DNA from: Lama glama
Taxonomy: Eukaryota
Direction of reading: 5' to 3'
Length of the DNA: 64,000 nt
NCBI GenBank assembly: GCA_028534125.1
Contig: CM052816.1
Coordinates: forward strand, 48,052,001-48,116,000
This document shows, one piece after another, positions 12,973 to 25,830 of this stretch. Every line of letters begins with the position of its first letter. Position 1 is the stretch's first letter. The translations under genes and the position numbers were made by a program. The notes below the pieces were generated by a model, which worked only from the letters and a program-made list of their open reading frames with translations, had not been told where the DNA came from and ran no database searches.

Positions 12973-13351
12973 GAGACATACCTCGCTTTATTGCACCTGG
13001 CTTAATTACGCTTTGCAGATATTCTGTTTTTCACAGACTGAAGGTCTGTGGCAACTCGTGTCAAAGAAGACTGTTGGTGCCATTTTTCTAACAGCATTTG
13101 CTCACTTTGTGCTTCTGTGTCACATTTTGGTAATTCTCTCTATATTTCAAACTTTTCATTACTGCCATATTTGTTATGGTGACCTAACATTAGTGATCTT
13201 TGTTGTTACTATTGCAGATGTTTTGGGGTGCCACAAACCATATCCATATCAGGCAGCAAACTTAATCTATAAATGTTGTGTGTGTTTTGAGGGCTCCACT
13301 GACTGGCCCATCCCCCATCTCTCTCTCTCTCCTTGGCCCTCAATATTTCCT
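12973..13351 (+). mobile_element. Tigger1 (TcMar-Tigger) 5' end, truncated before the transposase ORF
   Basis: Close match to Tigger1 5' consensus ('catacctcgctttattgc...gaaggtctgtggcaac...ctgtgtcacattttggtaattctc...taaatgttgtgtgtg'); explains ORF 12971..13357. Confidence 0.9.
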
Positions 13352-14429
13352 CTGTAGATGGTTGACTTGGGTGTGTAGGGGAATGTAAGTATTACAAACA
13401 AGAGGGAGGGCAGGTGCAAAAATAGAATACTGGCACTCTGATGACTGATTTTGAATGTGTCCAATTTTTTCCCATGCTCTTCTTATCTTTAAAAAAAATT
13501 AAGAGGTTATGTTTTCCTGTCTAGGATGTAGTTTAGAAAAACATTGCTCATGATTATGCTGTAGTGGAGAAATGATATACAGAGAGTTGGAGGTGGTAAT
13601 GACAGTGATAATAGTTACCTGGATTTTACAATGCTCTAGGTACAGGGAAACTCTTACTCCTGATTAGTAGGGGGAAAAACGCAGACAATTCAAGAAGCTT
13701 TTATAACTTTACTTGTTTTCCCACAAGTCAGTAAGAAATGATAAACCGAAGTGCATTTTAATTATCAAGTTATGATAGACTGTAACTAAATTCTGTATTA
13801 AAAAGTTGCTGGTGATAAATCAATATAATTGAAACCATGAGTGTGCTAATTCCTGATTGATGATTGAATGTATTTGTTGTTAGAGCAGCAGAAGCAGAAT
13901 ACATGCTGTCACTCTAGCTCTTAGGAAATTGAGGGCTCGTGTCAAAAGAGAGTGCTCTAATTCAGGGATTTTCTAAGTACAATCAAATCTCCAAGAGCAC
14001 AATTAGGAACATATTCTAGGTACATATGGGTTTTCTTATTTATTCTAAATGGAAAGTAACAACCTGTATTTAATCAACTGGAGATAGATCGTTTCATTAA
14101 AAATATAGACTTCATTATGATGTCAAACCGTTCTGGCTTGAGTGGTCTTGAAAAGTTAGATATCTTTTATTTGATAGGATGACACTAATTGAATATAAAT
14201 AAGTTATTTTAGGGATTATAGATGTCAAATATATTTATCTGTCAAATCTAGAATAATAGAAAATCTGGCTCCTATTCTTAGTGTACTAAATGCCATTTAT
14301 ATGATGACATTCTTTAGCTACAGTTTTGTTATGAAGAATATGCTTATCTAGAAAAACATTGGATCAGGAAATTTAATTAAAATTATTACTAAAATAATAT
14401 AATGCTACACATTCATGAATTCATCACTT

Positions 14430-14760
14430 CATTTCAAAAGCAATTATTGGCTGTATTCCAGACTTATTTTAGGTAGAAATGATACAGAGTTACATAAAAT
14501 GTAGAATCCATTTTTAGGGATCTCATAGTATAGAAGTGAAATGGATGTGCACATATTGCTGTGAAATATGATAACAGACACACCATGATATGCATGTATA
14601 ATAATATGTATGTATAATGATAAGTAAGGTATAATAATGGATAAGAAGACCTAGAAACGAATTATTCAGAAGGGAAGTTGGGTAGGTAAGGGAAGCTTCA
14701 GTGGATTCATAAGAACATTTCAGGCACAGAAAGCACCTAATGGGGGAACCCATGTCTTTA
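14430..14760 (-). mobile_element. L2 fragment
   Basis: 'ttcatttcaaaagcaattattgg...gatacagag...agggaagcttcagtgga' resembles antisense L2 3' end. Confidence 0.5.
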
Positions 14761-14899
14761 TCACAGCAGTTGTAACTCTTCATGAAACTCATTTGTTTAT
14801 ACCTACTTCTCCATACTCTGGTAAACCTTAAAGCACAGGAGTTTTATACAATTAATCTTTTTATTCCCTTCATTTTATATACAGTGCCTGCTACAGAGA

Positions 14900-15095
14900 C
14901 AGTGTTTATTATATACCAGGCATCAAGCTAAATGTACCATTTACATTATCTTATTTATCATTACCATTTTACATATGAAGAAACTGCTATTTTAGAAGTT
15001 AGGTAAAAATTTCAAGATCACATAGTTTGTAAGTAGCAAAACAATGTTAGCAGCAAGTCAATTTGAGTCTAAAACCTGTTGCTAAATGTTTTACA
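14900..15095 (-). mobile_element. MIR SINE
   Basis: 'ccattttacatatgaagaaactg...gaagttaggtaa...caagatcacatag'. Confidence 0.7.
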
Positions 15096-15964
15096 TATAT
15101 TGTCAATTGTTAAACTATAGGTGAAATTGGTAGTATCTTTTGTGCCTACTATAATTGACCAGGGGGAGCGCTGGGAGTGCTGTGTAGTTGATTTTGAGGC
15201 TAAATCTGCACTTATTGGGAAAGAATACTATAGCTACTCTGTATCATCTATGAATAATATTGAGTGGGTAATGGCACTATATTTGCAATCATCCCAGGAT
15301 TTTTTTCCTACTTAAGATGATAATTGAATGATAAATACATTTTATGATTTTTTAAACTAGTACATCTTAAAGCATTTTGTAGTAGAATACTATGATTCCC
15401 TCTCTCTGGTTTATAGTATTCTTGGCTGGCAGAGAAAAATAAGTGAAAGTATCTCTTTCTTTATGATTCTCTCCTCCCCGTACTCTTTTGCTCTTTTCCC
15501 TCCTCTCCTTTCTCTCCTCTTTCTCTGTCTCTCCACAAATTTCCACAAATTCCAGTTAAATTTCTAGGCGTCAAGGAAATAAAAATATGCATTATTTCCA
15601 AATGGTTGGTGACACCCTGAATTAATTGCCTTAGACATTTTATTTAAAGATGCATAAATTCTCATCAAATTAATATTATAGATACTGAATTATGCTACAT
15701 ATAGTATCAAAATTTAATTAAGATTTTGGTTATTGATAATACTAAAAAAGTTACATTTTCAATTCAGAACAAGGATACTAAATCTGTCTTTATTGGGAAA
15801 GAATATTATATTAAAATAATCAACTTTTGATCATTATTTTTAAGATATGTAAAAGGATTAAAGATAATGTCTTAACTACACATTAAATTTAAAATTAGAA
15901 ATAACAAAATTCATTAAATTGCTTTAGATAGTCTCAAATCAAAATTTGATACATTTCCTTTAAG

Positions 15965-16070
15965 GAAAAAGAATATGAAAATGAGTATAAGTATATATAC
16001 ACATGACTGGGACATTATGCTGTACACCAGAAATTGACACAATGTAACTGACTATACACTTCAGTAAAAA
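15965..16070 (+). mobile_element. Severely 5'-truncated L1 3' tail, related to the 18599-19891 copy
   Basis: 'gaaaaagaatatgaaaatgag...catgactgggacattatgctgtacaccagaaattgacacaatgtaactgactata' is similar to 19770-19870. Confidence 0.85.
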
Positions 16071-16214
16071 TTGTAACATATTTCACACTTCAGCCTAAAT
16101 ATAACATAAAGGTAGAATTTAATAACTTTCTTTTTATTATAAGTTTCACATCTGAAATGTAAGATATAATTAGGGAGTATGGAGTATTTAGTTGTTGACT
16201 TTGAAATTACATAT

Positions 16215-17025
16215 TGCTTTTAAAAATTATTTATTTTGAAATAATTTTAAACTTTCAGAAAAGTTGCAAGAATAGAACAAAGAATTTCAGCATAGATTTT
16301 CCAATTGCTAACTTTTAAACCCCATTTTATTCTCTCTCTGTATGTATATATATGTATACATATTTATGTATATATGTATGTGCTTATACCTAGATTATGT
16401 ATTTTGTATATACATACTTACATTTTATGTCATATACTAAAATATATCTATATTTTCTTCTGAATCATTTGATAGAGACAGCATGCCCTTATACTTTGGA
16501 GTGTATTTTCTAAAGAGATATTCTTTTACAATGATCAAAATTAGAAATATTAATAGGAATAAAATTTTGTTTACTAATATATAGTACATGTTCAAATTTA
16601 GAAATTGCATCAATAATTTTCTTTGTTGTGATTTTTCTTTTGCTTGAGCATCCAATCTAGGATCACACTTTGTTTACTATTAGGTCTGTTTCATCTCCTT
16701 TAGTCTAGGATAGGTCTCTTGCCTCTCTTTGTCTTTTAAGACATTGATCTTACTTTTATTGTACAGGTTAGTTGTTTTGTAATTTTGCTTTGTCTGATGT
16801 TTCCTCTTGATTAGATCAGTATATAGATTTTTGTCAGGAATACTACAAAAGTGATGTGTTCCCAGTGAACCACATCAGGAGCCACATGATGTCAGTTATT
16901 CCATTATAGATGCTATTAACTTTGATCCCTTTGTCAAGGTGGTGTCTGCTAGGTTTCTCCAATGTAAAATTAGTGTTTTATACTTTATTATCAGCAAGTA
17001 ATTTGTGAGGACATACTTCGAAATT
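16215..17025 (-). mobile_element. L1MC-type (L1MC4/L1MC5-like) 3' end
   Basis: Antisense 'ttattttgaaataattttaaactttcagaaaagttgcaag...tccaatctaggatcacac...gtcaaggtggtgtctgctaggtttctcca'. Confidence 0.8.
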
Positions 17026-17229
17026 AATTTCTTAGAAGTGTAGACATCAATGATCATATTAATGTAAAACGAAATAAAACATGGAAAGAATGTAGACCAG
17101 TCTTCTCTAACTCTTGTGATTCTAGTAAAATCAACTCCTTGAAATTTTTGTATCCTTTTTGTCTCTCATTCCCTGAAATTTCTTTACAAAATACTGGTGG
17201 GAAGTAGTAAGTCTATCACTGTAAAGTAT

Positions 17230-17698
17230 TTGATGGCCTTCCATCAACATCAGGATAGCTGTTATATGAAATATATTAAAGATTTCTTAGAGTGTCTCTC
17301 AAGATCCACAAACTAACCGCAACTTCTTTTCAGTCTTACCTTCTACCACTTGCATCATACAATAGCCCATAGACCCTTGGCTTTTGCTCTGGGATACAGA
17401 GATAAATGCTTCTCTTCATTTGCTTGATGTGAAATACCCTTTACTTATTCTCTATTTGGAAAAATCCTGCCCTTTAAAAAGAAGTTTAAATGATACATTT
17501 CCTCTGGAGCCTTGCTCATTCATATTAATTATTCGAAATTGGCACCTCTTATTTGAATATTTTTGTAAGTATTTCATTCAGAGTCTTAACAGCATATACT
17601 ATAGTATCTTTCAATCATATGTGGTTTTATCTTCTCTTGACTGTGAATTTATTGGGAGAGAGCAGAAAGCATGTTATTCACTTTTGTGTTAATCTGTG
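17230..17698 (+). mobile_element. L2 3' fragment, interrupted by MLT1 LTR
   Basis: 'gatggccttccatc...cttctcttgactgtgaatttattgggagagagcagaaagcatg'. Confidence 0.55.
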
Positions 17699-18161
17699 TA
17701 TTATAGGATTAATTGTGTCCTCCCAAAATTCATAATAAAGACCTAACCTCCAGTACCTCAGAATGTGACCACATTTGGAAATAGGGTCATTGCAGATGTA
17801 ATCAATTAAGATGAGGTCACACTGGACAGGATGGGCTTCTAATCTAATCTGACTAATATCCTTATAAAAAGGAGAAATTTCACACCCATATCTGGAAAAC
17901 ACCATATAAAGATGAAGGCAGAAGACAAAGGCAGAGATTAGGGTGATATCTCAGAAACCAAGAAATGCCAAAGATTGCCAGCAAACCACCAGAGCTAGGA
18001 GAGACCTTGAACAGATTCTCTCTCACAGCCTTCAAAAGGTATCATTTTCTGCAGACACAATGATCTTAGACTTCTAGACTCTAGAACTTGAGACAATAAA
18101 TTTCTGGTTTTTAAACCACTGAGTTGTGGTATTTTGCTATGGCGTCGTACAAACTAATACA
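17699..18161 (+). mobile_element. MLT1B/C-like MaLR solo LTR
   Basis: 'aattgtgtcctcccaaaattcat...tttggaaatagggtcattgcagatgtaat...aataaatttctg...aaactaataca'; 5-bp TSD ctgtg/ctatg. Confidence 0.9.
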
Positions 18162-18598
18162 CTATGTCTGACTACCCAGTAATCACTCACAAAAATATGG
18201 AGAAGTAAAATAATTCCTGATCAACAATTACCAGATGTATATATCAATAATTGTCATCAGTGTTTAATATGCATTTCTATAACTTTTTCCTGGTTTCCTA
18301 ACCAAATTGTTGTTCTTCCAGAAATAGAAATTATTTTTTCTACTACATTTGTAGTGTTCTCTAATTCATAATAGATTTTAATGTTTAAATAGTCTTAAAT
18401 GTCAGTTGCATTATCATATACATCAGTTATACCACCATTAAGAAAAACACTTTTCCAATCAGATGTCTTCATTCAGGCATCAGAAAGTCCTACTTAGCCA
18501 ATTAGTTATTTCATATATTATAGAAGAAATACATTACTGAAGATATCTATTGACAAATGAGATAGCTATGAAGAATTGATTCTATTCAAAGACAATGT

Positions 18599-19891
18599 TA
18601 GTTAGAATACTCCCTCACACCATCACAAAAAAAAATCAAAATGGATTAAAGACTTAAAAATAAGACGAAACACTATAAACCTCTTAGAACAAAACATAGG
18701 CAAAAGATTACCTGACATAAATCTCATCACTATTCTCCTAGGGCAATCTACCCAAGCAATAGAAATAAAAGCAAAAATAAACAAGTGGCACCTAATTAAA
18801 CTTACAAGTTTTTATACAGCAAAGGAAACCATAAGCAAAACAAAAAGACAACCTATGGAATGGGAGAAAATACTTGCAAAAGATGAGACTGACAAGGGCT
18901 TAATCTCCAGAATATATAAACATTTCATGCAACTTAATAAGAAAAAACAAACAACACAATCCAAAAATGGGCAGAAGGCCTAAATAAGCAATTCTCTAAT
19001 GAAAACACACAATAGGCACATGAAAAAATGCTCAATAGCACAAATTATCAGAGGAATGAAAATCAAAACTACAATGAGGTATCACCTCACACCAGTCAGA
19101 ATGGCCATGATTCAAAAGTCCATGAACAATAAATGCTAGAGAAGGTGTGGAGAAAAGGGAACCCTCCTACACTGTTGGTGGAAATGTAGTTTGGTGCAGC
19201 CATTATGGAAAACAGTATGGAGAATCCTCAAAAAACTAAAAATAGACTTATCATATGATCCAGCAATCCCACTCCTGGGTATATATCCAGAGGGAACCTT
19301 AATTCAAAAAGACACATGCACTCCAATATTCATAGCAGCACTACTTATAATAGCCAAGACATGGAAACAACCTGAATGCCCATTGACAGATGACTGAATA
19401 AAGAAGCTGTGGTATGTTTATATAATGGAATACTACTCAGCCATAAAAAAGAATAAAATAATGCCATTTGCAGCAACATAGATGGAACTGGAGACTGTCA
19501 TTCTAAGTGAAGTAAGGCAGGAAGAGAAAGAAAAATACCATATGATATCACTTATATGTGGAATCTAAAAAAAAAGAAAAAGCCAGGCAAATTTATTTAC
19601 AAAACAGAGACAGACTTACTGACATAGTTATGGTTACCAGGTTGGGAAGGGCGTGGGAAGGGATAAGTTAGGACTTAGAGATTTGCAGATATATATAAAA
19701 TAGATCAACAACAAGTTTACACTGTATAGCACAGGAAACTATATTCAATATCTCGTAGTAACTTAGGGTGAAAAATAATATGAAAATGAATATATGCATA
19801 TTCCTATATGACTGAAGTATTGTGCTATACCCCAGAAATTGACACAACATTGTAAACTGACTATACTTCAGTAACAATATACATAAAAAAT
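18599..19891 (+). mobile_element. 5'-truncated lineage-specific L1 (ORF2 C-terminus, 3'UTR, A tail)
   Basis: ORF 19191..19397 is L1 ORF2 C-terminal sequence ([10 protein letters not shown]...[12 protein letters not shown]...FIAAL..IAKTWKQP); A-rich tail; TSD aaagacaatgt at 18588-18598 and 19892-19902. Confidence 0.95.
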
Positions 19892-20610
19892 AAAGACAAT
19901 GTAAATCATTTCAGACACAAAGATATCAGATAATCCACATTCTTTCAATTTTTTCCTACTGCCCAATTAGTAATTTTGGCCTCCACCATTAAAATCATCT
20001 ACATAGTCATAGTAATTCTCTCCAAAAGCTATTATTAATTATAATTTTTTGAAGACTGTCACATTCATGTTTTAGCATAGATTAGATATGATTACCAGAG
20101 AAAGTGTGAAACTGGAAATAGAGCAAAGCACAGGTCATATCTTTAGGGGAACTTTGAGAAAGCAGTTCCAAGACACTGTCACAGGTACCACACTGTGGTG
20201 ATGCTCAGGCTTGTTGAGTCAGCCCTCAGAGAATCTAGGGAAAGAAATTTAAATTGAAATGAGGGGAATTTACAAAAGGCAATATAGGTACTTCATGATT
20301 TTGTTTAGGTTTGACAGTAAATTTGTATCAAGTCCCAATGAAGCATGTAAGAACAATGACATGAATTTAAAAAATTAAAGAGGTCTTTTGGGGGTTTTGT
20401 TGGTTTGTTTTTAAGAAAAGGAGGATAAAGTATTCTTAAATCAGGCAGACAATTTTTTTAGTTTATAGTGCATTATAAAGAGGTGATGATTTCCACATTG
20501 TCAAGTTCAAGATTAGTCCACCTCTACACTAAGATCTACTTTTTGTAGCTTCCCTCAATATAAAACACTTTCTAATTCACATTATAAGATATTTTCATTA
20601 TTTTTGAGCA

Positions 20611-21199
20611 TGTTTTAGTTTTCTAATGTATTACAATTTATCATATATTTAGTGGCTTAAACAATTAATTATTTATTATGTCAGAAATCCAGGCACGATG
20701 TAGCTAAATTCTCAACTAAGGTTGAAATCAAGGTTTTCACTGTGCTCCTTTCTGGAGGCTCTAGGTGAGAATCTACTTTCAAGCTCATTCAAGTTGTTGG
20801 CCCAATTCAGTCTCTTATGGTTGTAGAACTGTGGTTGTAAGGACACTTCCTCTGGCTTCCTGGGGCCACTTTCAGGTCTCAGAGTCACCCACGTTCATTG
20901 CCACATGACCCTCTCAATCTTTATACCCAGCAATGTACAATCTTTCTGGAATCAAATGTCTCTCATAGTTTGAATCTTTCTTTAGGAATAGCCCAGTCTC
21001 TTTTAAGGGCTCAAGACCTTCCAAGAGTACTTATGGTCAGGTCCACCAAAGATAATCTCTCATTCTTAAAGTCAGCTGTGCTAGTAATCTAATCACAGGA
21101 GTGACTATCTGATCATATTCTCAAGGACTGGGGATTATATAGAGCTTGCACACCAGAGGATAGGAATTTTGCAGGTCATATTCAAGTTCTGCCTACTAA
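20611..21199 (-). mobile_element. MLT1E-like MaLR LTR
   Basis: 'ttagtggcttaaacaa...tggaggctctaggtgagaatctactttcaagctcattcaagttgttggc...ttctgcctac'. Confidence 0.8.
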
Positions 21200-21269
21200 A
21201 GGGTGCTAATAAACATTTTTTTGTTATTGATAGTGACACATGGTGAGAATTACATTCTTTTCAGTTTTC

Positions 21270-21925
21270 ATATGTCATTTTCCTAACTCAAGCCCTTATT
21301 TTCTTTCCTTCAAACTCTTATAATAGCTTCTCAATAAAAGTTCCTACTTCTTGTATTTTCACCACCTAATTGTGCCATAACCTTCAAGTACAATTATGAT
21401 CACTAAGGTGTCACTGCTCAAAAGCTTTTACTACTCTTCAGTGCCTCTTAAGTAAGATGAAATTTACATGTATGAAGTATCCATCATAATCTGAAACAAA
21501 ACCATCTTTCTAAAGTTATCTTTTGCCACATTCCCTCATTAACTAGAGGCTCCAGCCAAATTAATCCTTTGATCTTTCTCCTATTTTCCTGCTTATACAT
21601 CCTTGTAAATAATTGTATTTCTACCTGGAGGTCTTTTTCCCTCCTTTTTTTAACAACTAAATTCTACCCATGGTTCTAGGACTTTTCAAGAGTATCTTCT
21701 TCATGAAGGATTTTGTGATTGCTTTCAGAACTTCTATAGCTGTACCAAATTTTGTCACTATTCACCTAAGTAGAAAGTTATAAATAGTATTCATTGTCAA
21801 ATTTTATGGCCTCTGCTGCAACTTTAAGTTCCTTGAGGATAGGTACTGTGTTTTTATCAATATTTCTATTCTCCACAGTACCTTGCATATAGTTAGTATT
21901 GAATAAATAGTTGTTGAATAATTAC
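21270..21925 (+). mobile_element. L2 3' end
   Basis: Ends 'actttaagttccttgaggataggtactgtg...cacagtaccttgcatatagttagtattgaataaatagttgttgaat'. Confidence 0.75.
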
Positions 21926-22157
21926 TTAAAAGTTGTCACCCTTTAGATGCCCAACCTCTTAATAAGTTTTCTTTCCTAGCCCAGTTGATTATGAGAAACC
22001 AGTCTTGTTGATTGGTTGATTTTATTATCAATAATTATGATTAAAGTAAATTAAGAAGACTACTTCTTGTTAATCACTTTCTTCATTACCTAATTTACCC
22101 CTTGGACCTTACTTGAAAATAATGTCTTTATTTTGAAGTTTTAATGAAGCTACTCAC

Positions 22158-22238
22158 ACTGAATACCCAATTCGATTGTGCTCTATGCAATAAATTTTCT
22201 GTTCTGTCTTCAGATTTAAGAGGCAGACTCCTGGGCTG
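22158..22238 (-). other. Candidate 81-nt exon (unassigned)
   Basis: tattttag| acceptor (NAGNAG) and AGT|GTGAGT donor; length a multiple of 3; two open frames (QPRSLPLKSEDRTENLLHRAQSNWVFS or SPGVCLLNLKTEQKIYCIEHNRIGYS); short polypyrimidine tract. Confidence 0.25.
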
Positions 22239-22779
22239 CTAAAATAATTAACTTTTACCTGAGAATATTCCTTACTGCCAGACATAGCTTCATATATCCA
22301 GATTTTTATTATGTTAATACCAAAATTCTCTACATTATCATAACTTATTATAAGAAAATAACTCTTAGAAAGAGCAAAAATTGAAGACAATAACTTTAAA
22401 AACTGTAAATAAATAATGCTGATTGAAAAATTCAATTGTTTTCCATGCTAATGGAAAATATTTTAGAATATGTAAATAAAATTAATTGGTAATGGAAAAC
22501 ATAATTTGGCTTTAAAGAGTGCATTTGCTTTCAGGGTTAAATCTCTTTATTTGTAATGCTTTCTGTACTGGAGAAAGAATTACTATTTACGATAGCAATA
22601 TGGCTATAAAAATGAAGAAGAAAAAAATCTAGATATTATAGAACTCTGAAATTCCAATCTCACCTTTGCTGAGGTACAGCTTAAAATTCCATAGATTCTC
22701 CAACCAAGGACAATATTCCTCATTCTTTAAAATCTAGGAAAAGATATATGTGTATAGTTTTGTTTTGTTTTGTTTTATG

Positions 22780-23010
22780 GAGTAAAGTGCAATGTTAGAG
22801 TGTGGGCTTCAGAAACATACAGATAAGGATTTGAACCCTGGCGCCAATACTAAACCATCTGTGTGAACTTTCACTCTGAGGCAGTCTCCTCACTGGTGAA
22901 TTGGGAACGACAGCACTTACCAGTTGTCTTTGTTTTCAGGATTAAAAGAGGTTAGTGTCAAGTATCTACCACAGTGTCAGCCAAAGGAAGCTTGCCTAAA
23001 TGGTAGTTGC
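22780..23010 (+). mobile_element. MIR SINE
   Basis: 'gttagagtgtgggcttcagaaac...gatttgaaccctggcgcc...ctgtgtga...cagtctcctcactggtgaattggg'. Confidence 0.75.
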
Positions 23011-23959
23011 CAATTCTCTCCCATTTATATTATTACCCAGTTGAATTTTGTAGTGTGTATATCATTTCTCTGACTGGTGCGTTATTATCTCGAGAATAGG
23101 GACACTATCTTTTGTGTCTCTGCTCAGGTTTGTATTTTTTATAGTGGAAAAAATATTAAAAGTATTATCAGATGATCTAGAATTATCCCTTATGAATCTG
23201 TGTAAACTGTTGATCTTTTCAGCCTGTTTCTTCATTTGCAAAATGGAAACAAAAAACATCTCCTGGGCTATTTAAAGAATTAAGAATACAACACTTACAA
23301 ACAGACTTTAAGATTATATATTTGTATAAAATATAAAGGATTATTGAGGGAGTTAATATATTAATAGTTAATGATAATAGAAAATAAATGTTTTAAGAAT
23401 TTCAAAAAAGAGAAGGAACCCAATGTTCAAGATTATATTGCTACTTTTGAGGATCAAACAAATGACATACAAGGAAAATATGAAGGCCTAAGTGTTTAGC
23501 TAGCTGAGTCTCACATAACATGGTATCTCCATGCAAATATTCCATACTTGTAGTAATTCTAAAGAACGCTAGTAATTAATTTGAAGTTGTAAGACAATAC
23601 ACGCAGATAGCAAGTCTTTATATAAAGTACATTGTTGAGCAAATTTCCACTAAACTTCTTCCTTTGACTCCAGCATAATGATTGATGCCCTTGTTTTAGG
23701 ATGATCCTCTACTGCTATAAGTCTGTGTTAAGAAAATTTTCGGAAATGATGGATGCTTCCTTTAAACATTCTGTACTGAGCTTTGCTGATTCATCTTGAA
23801 CCCAGTTGTGACTGTTATACAGCACGTATAGAATAACCATAAAGAATATCACATATGGTCTGGGTCAGTGATTTTTGCTGTGATGCTGAATGTGGAGAAA
23901 GCTGAAACTTTTGTACTTTTGAATAAGATAATAACACTTAAGACAGTCAAAGAGAAGAT

Positions 23960-24710
23960 GGTATGGAGATCCTGCCTTTTTCACAAGTAATTTTTGAGTT
24001 CCTACTCATGTTAATAGGTGCTAGAAGTTCAGCGGTGAGCACCACAGAGTTCTTAGCCTCATGGCTCTATTATTCTAGTTAGGGAAATGCGAAATAAACA
24101 ATTGAATCAATAAATATCTAACATTATGTCAAATGTTCTAAAAAAAAAATAAGGTAAGGGAAAGAGTCCAAGAATGCTGAGAGCAAGAGTTTGGGTGCTC
24201 TTTTAGATTGAGCTCTCAGGGAAGACCTCTCAGAGAAGGTGATGTTTGAAAGCCATTCACAGTGAAGTGAGAAAGCCAGCTATGCAAGACCGGGGAAAAG
24301 AACACAGACAATAAAAGGGTTAGAAATTTCAAAGTCCTCAAGTGAGATTTTGGCTTTTTTTATTTTTTATTTTTTCTGGAACATGTTACTCGTTAAATTC
24401 TTTCTCCTTGGAAAGCATAGTATATCTGTTTCCTACACTGAGCCTGACTGCTTCCCTGACAGTGTGGTGATAAAAGGATATATTTTAAGAGTTAGGCCAA
24501 AAGTCAGATGAGCTGTATCTGGGGTGGGAGGGAAAGAGAGGAACGAAGGATTACTTGTGGATTTTCAGCCCTAGCAACTGGGTGAACGGCAGCATCATTT
24601 ACTAGGTGTTGAAACTAAGTAAGGAGGTTCCTGTAAAGTTTAAGATGCTTCTTTAATCCAAATAGAGATGTGAAGTATGCAGCAAAGCACATGAGTCTGG
24701 GGTTCACTAA
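23960..24710 (-). mobile_element. L2 fragment
   Basis: 'ttttgagttcctactcatg...ctcagggaagacctctcagagaaggtgatgtttga...agcaactgggtgaacggcagcatcatttact'. Confidence 0.75.
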
Positions 24711-25106
24711 TGATATTTCAAGCTTCTAAGTCTATAATCTTTTAAGAATAAATAAACTTAATAGAGAAAGTTTCATCTGATTTTCAATAAGATTTTCTGG
24801 GTGATACCCTATACTACTTTAGCAACAAGAAGAAAAAGAGTTAGAGGAGTGAATTAATGAAGGTAATAGCTTTAAAGAATTGTACTTGAAGAAGCATGGC
24901 TAGAAATACATGCAAAGCTTCTAGCAAACAAATTTTTTAAAAAGCAGTTTTTTAAAGAATACCAACATGGATCCGATTATGCATTTATGTTGTACCTGCT
25001 TTATAAGCAAGTTGCAGAATATCCTTTTAGCTTAAACTTAACATTCTCTAATTTCTTGAATTTTGTAATTCAATAACTAGTTCTCAAGAGGAAACAGAAA
25101 GGCCAG

Positions 25107-25830
25107 AGTATCAGTCAAGGTTCTGCTGAAAACAACAAAAACCACTTATTCAGTTTAAGCAAAAATAAATTTAATACAGGGAATTGGATGCTTACACAGT
25201 TGTAGAAAGGGCTGGAAGTGCAGGCTCTAGGCTGACTTTATGACAATTATTCCCAGAAAATCACTGCAATAAAATACAGAGGATTAGTATTTTCTATGGT
25301 GCAGGGATCATTTTGCATTTTTTTGTATGTTAACTACCTTAATCCTCACTAAGTAGTTTCACCTAGTGACTCACCCAGCATCACACAACTAGTGAATGGC
25401 AGATCTGGTGTTTGAATTCAGGCATTGTAGCTCCTAAATCCATGCTCCTAACCACTGTGCTCTATTGTCTCTCTAGGTACTGACCTAGCATAAATAAATG
25501 GTTATTTCTGCCAAGATCAAGAACTTCAAGGGATTAAGAAGTAACTGCCCAAATTGCTGGGTCTAGATCACACTGCTTCAACCCCATCCATTCTAACAAA
25601 ATGAAAAGCCCCATGACTCATAAAACCAGGGCACAGACACAGGAACCTCTGATACCAAAGTCATTAGAAACACAGATACAGCAGAGGTGAAAGCTGACTG
25701 TATTTCATGTCAATCATTGTAAGAGTGAGTCTGCTTGGTGAAAGCTTGATGAATTGTAGAAGCCAAAATGAAGTGTGATGTAGCCTTCAGCTTTCTAACC
25801 TCTGATTTCCAAAAAGCTACAACAGACATA
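25107..25830 (-). mobile_element. Old MLT1-type MaLR LTR, interrupted by a MIR
   Basis: 'gtatcagtcaaggttc...aatttaatacagggaattgg...gaaagggctggaag' resembles old MLT1 LTRs; right boundary uncertain. Confidence 0.45.
25290..25470 (-). mobile_element. MIR SINE
   Basis: 'tgactcacccagcatcacacaactagtgaatggcagatctggtgtttgaattcaggc...ctcctaaccactgtgct'. Confidence 0.8.

Noticed and set aside
12971..13357. 128-aa plus-strand ORF
   Set aside because: Coincides with the non-coding 5' end of Tigger1
15941..16085. Possible TSD around the 15965-16070 L1 tail
   Set aside because: Flanks are only loosely similar AT-rich strings; not a reliable duplication
23715..23815. Protein-like short minus-strand frame (HNWVQDESAKLSTECLKEAS...)
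   Set aside because: Weak acceptor, ends in a stop, no homology recognised
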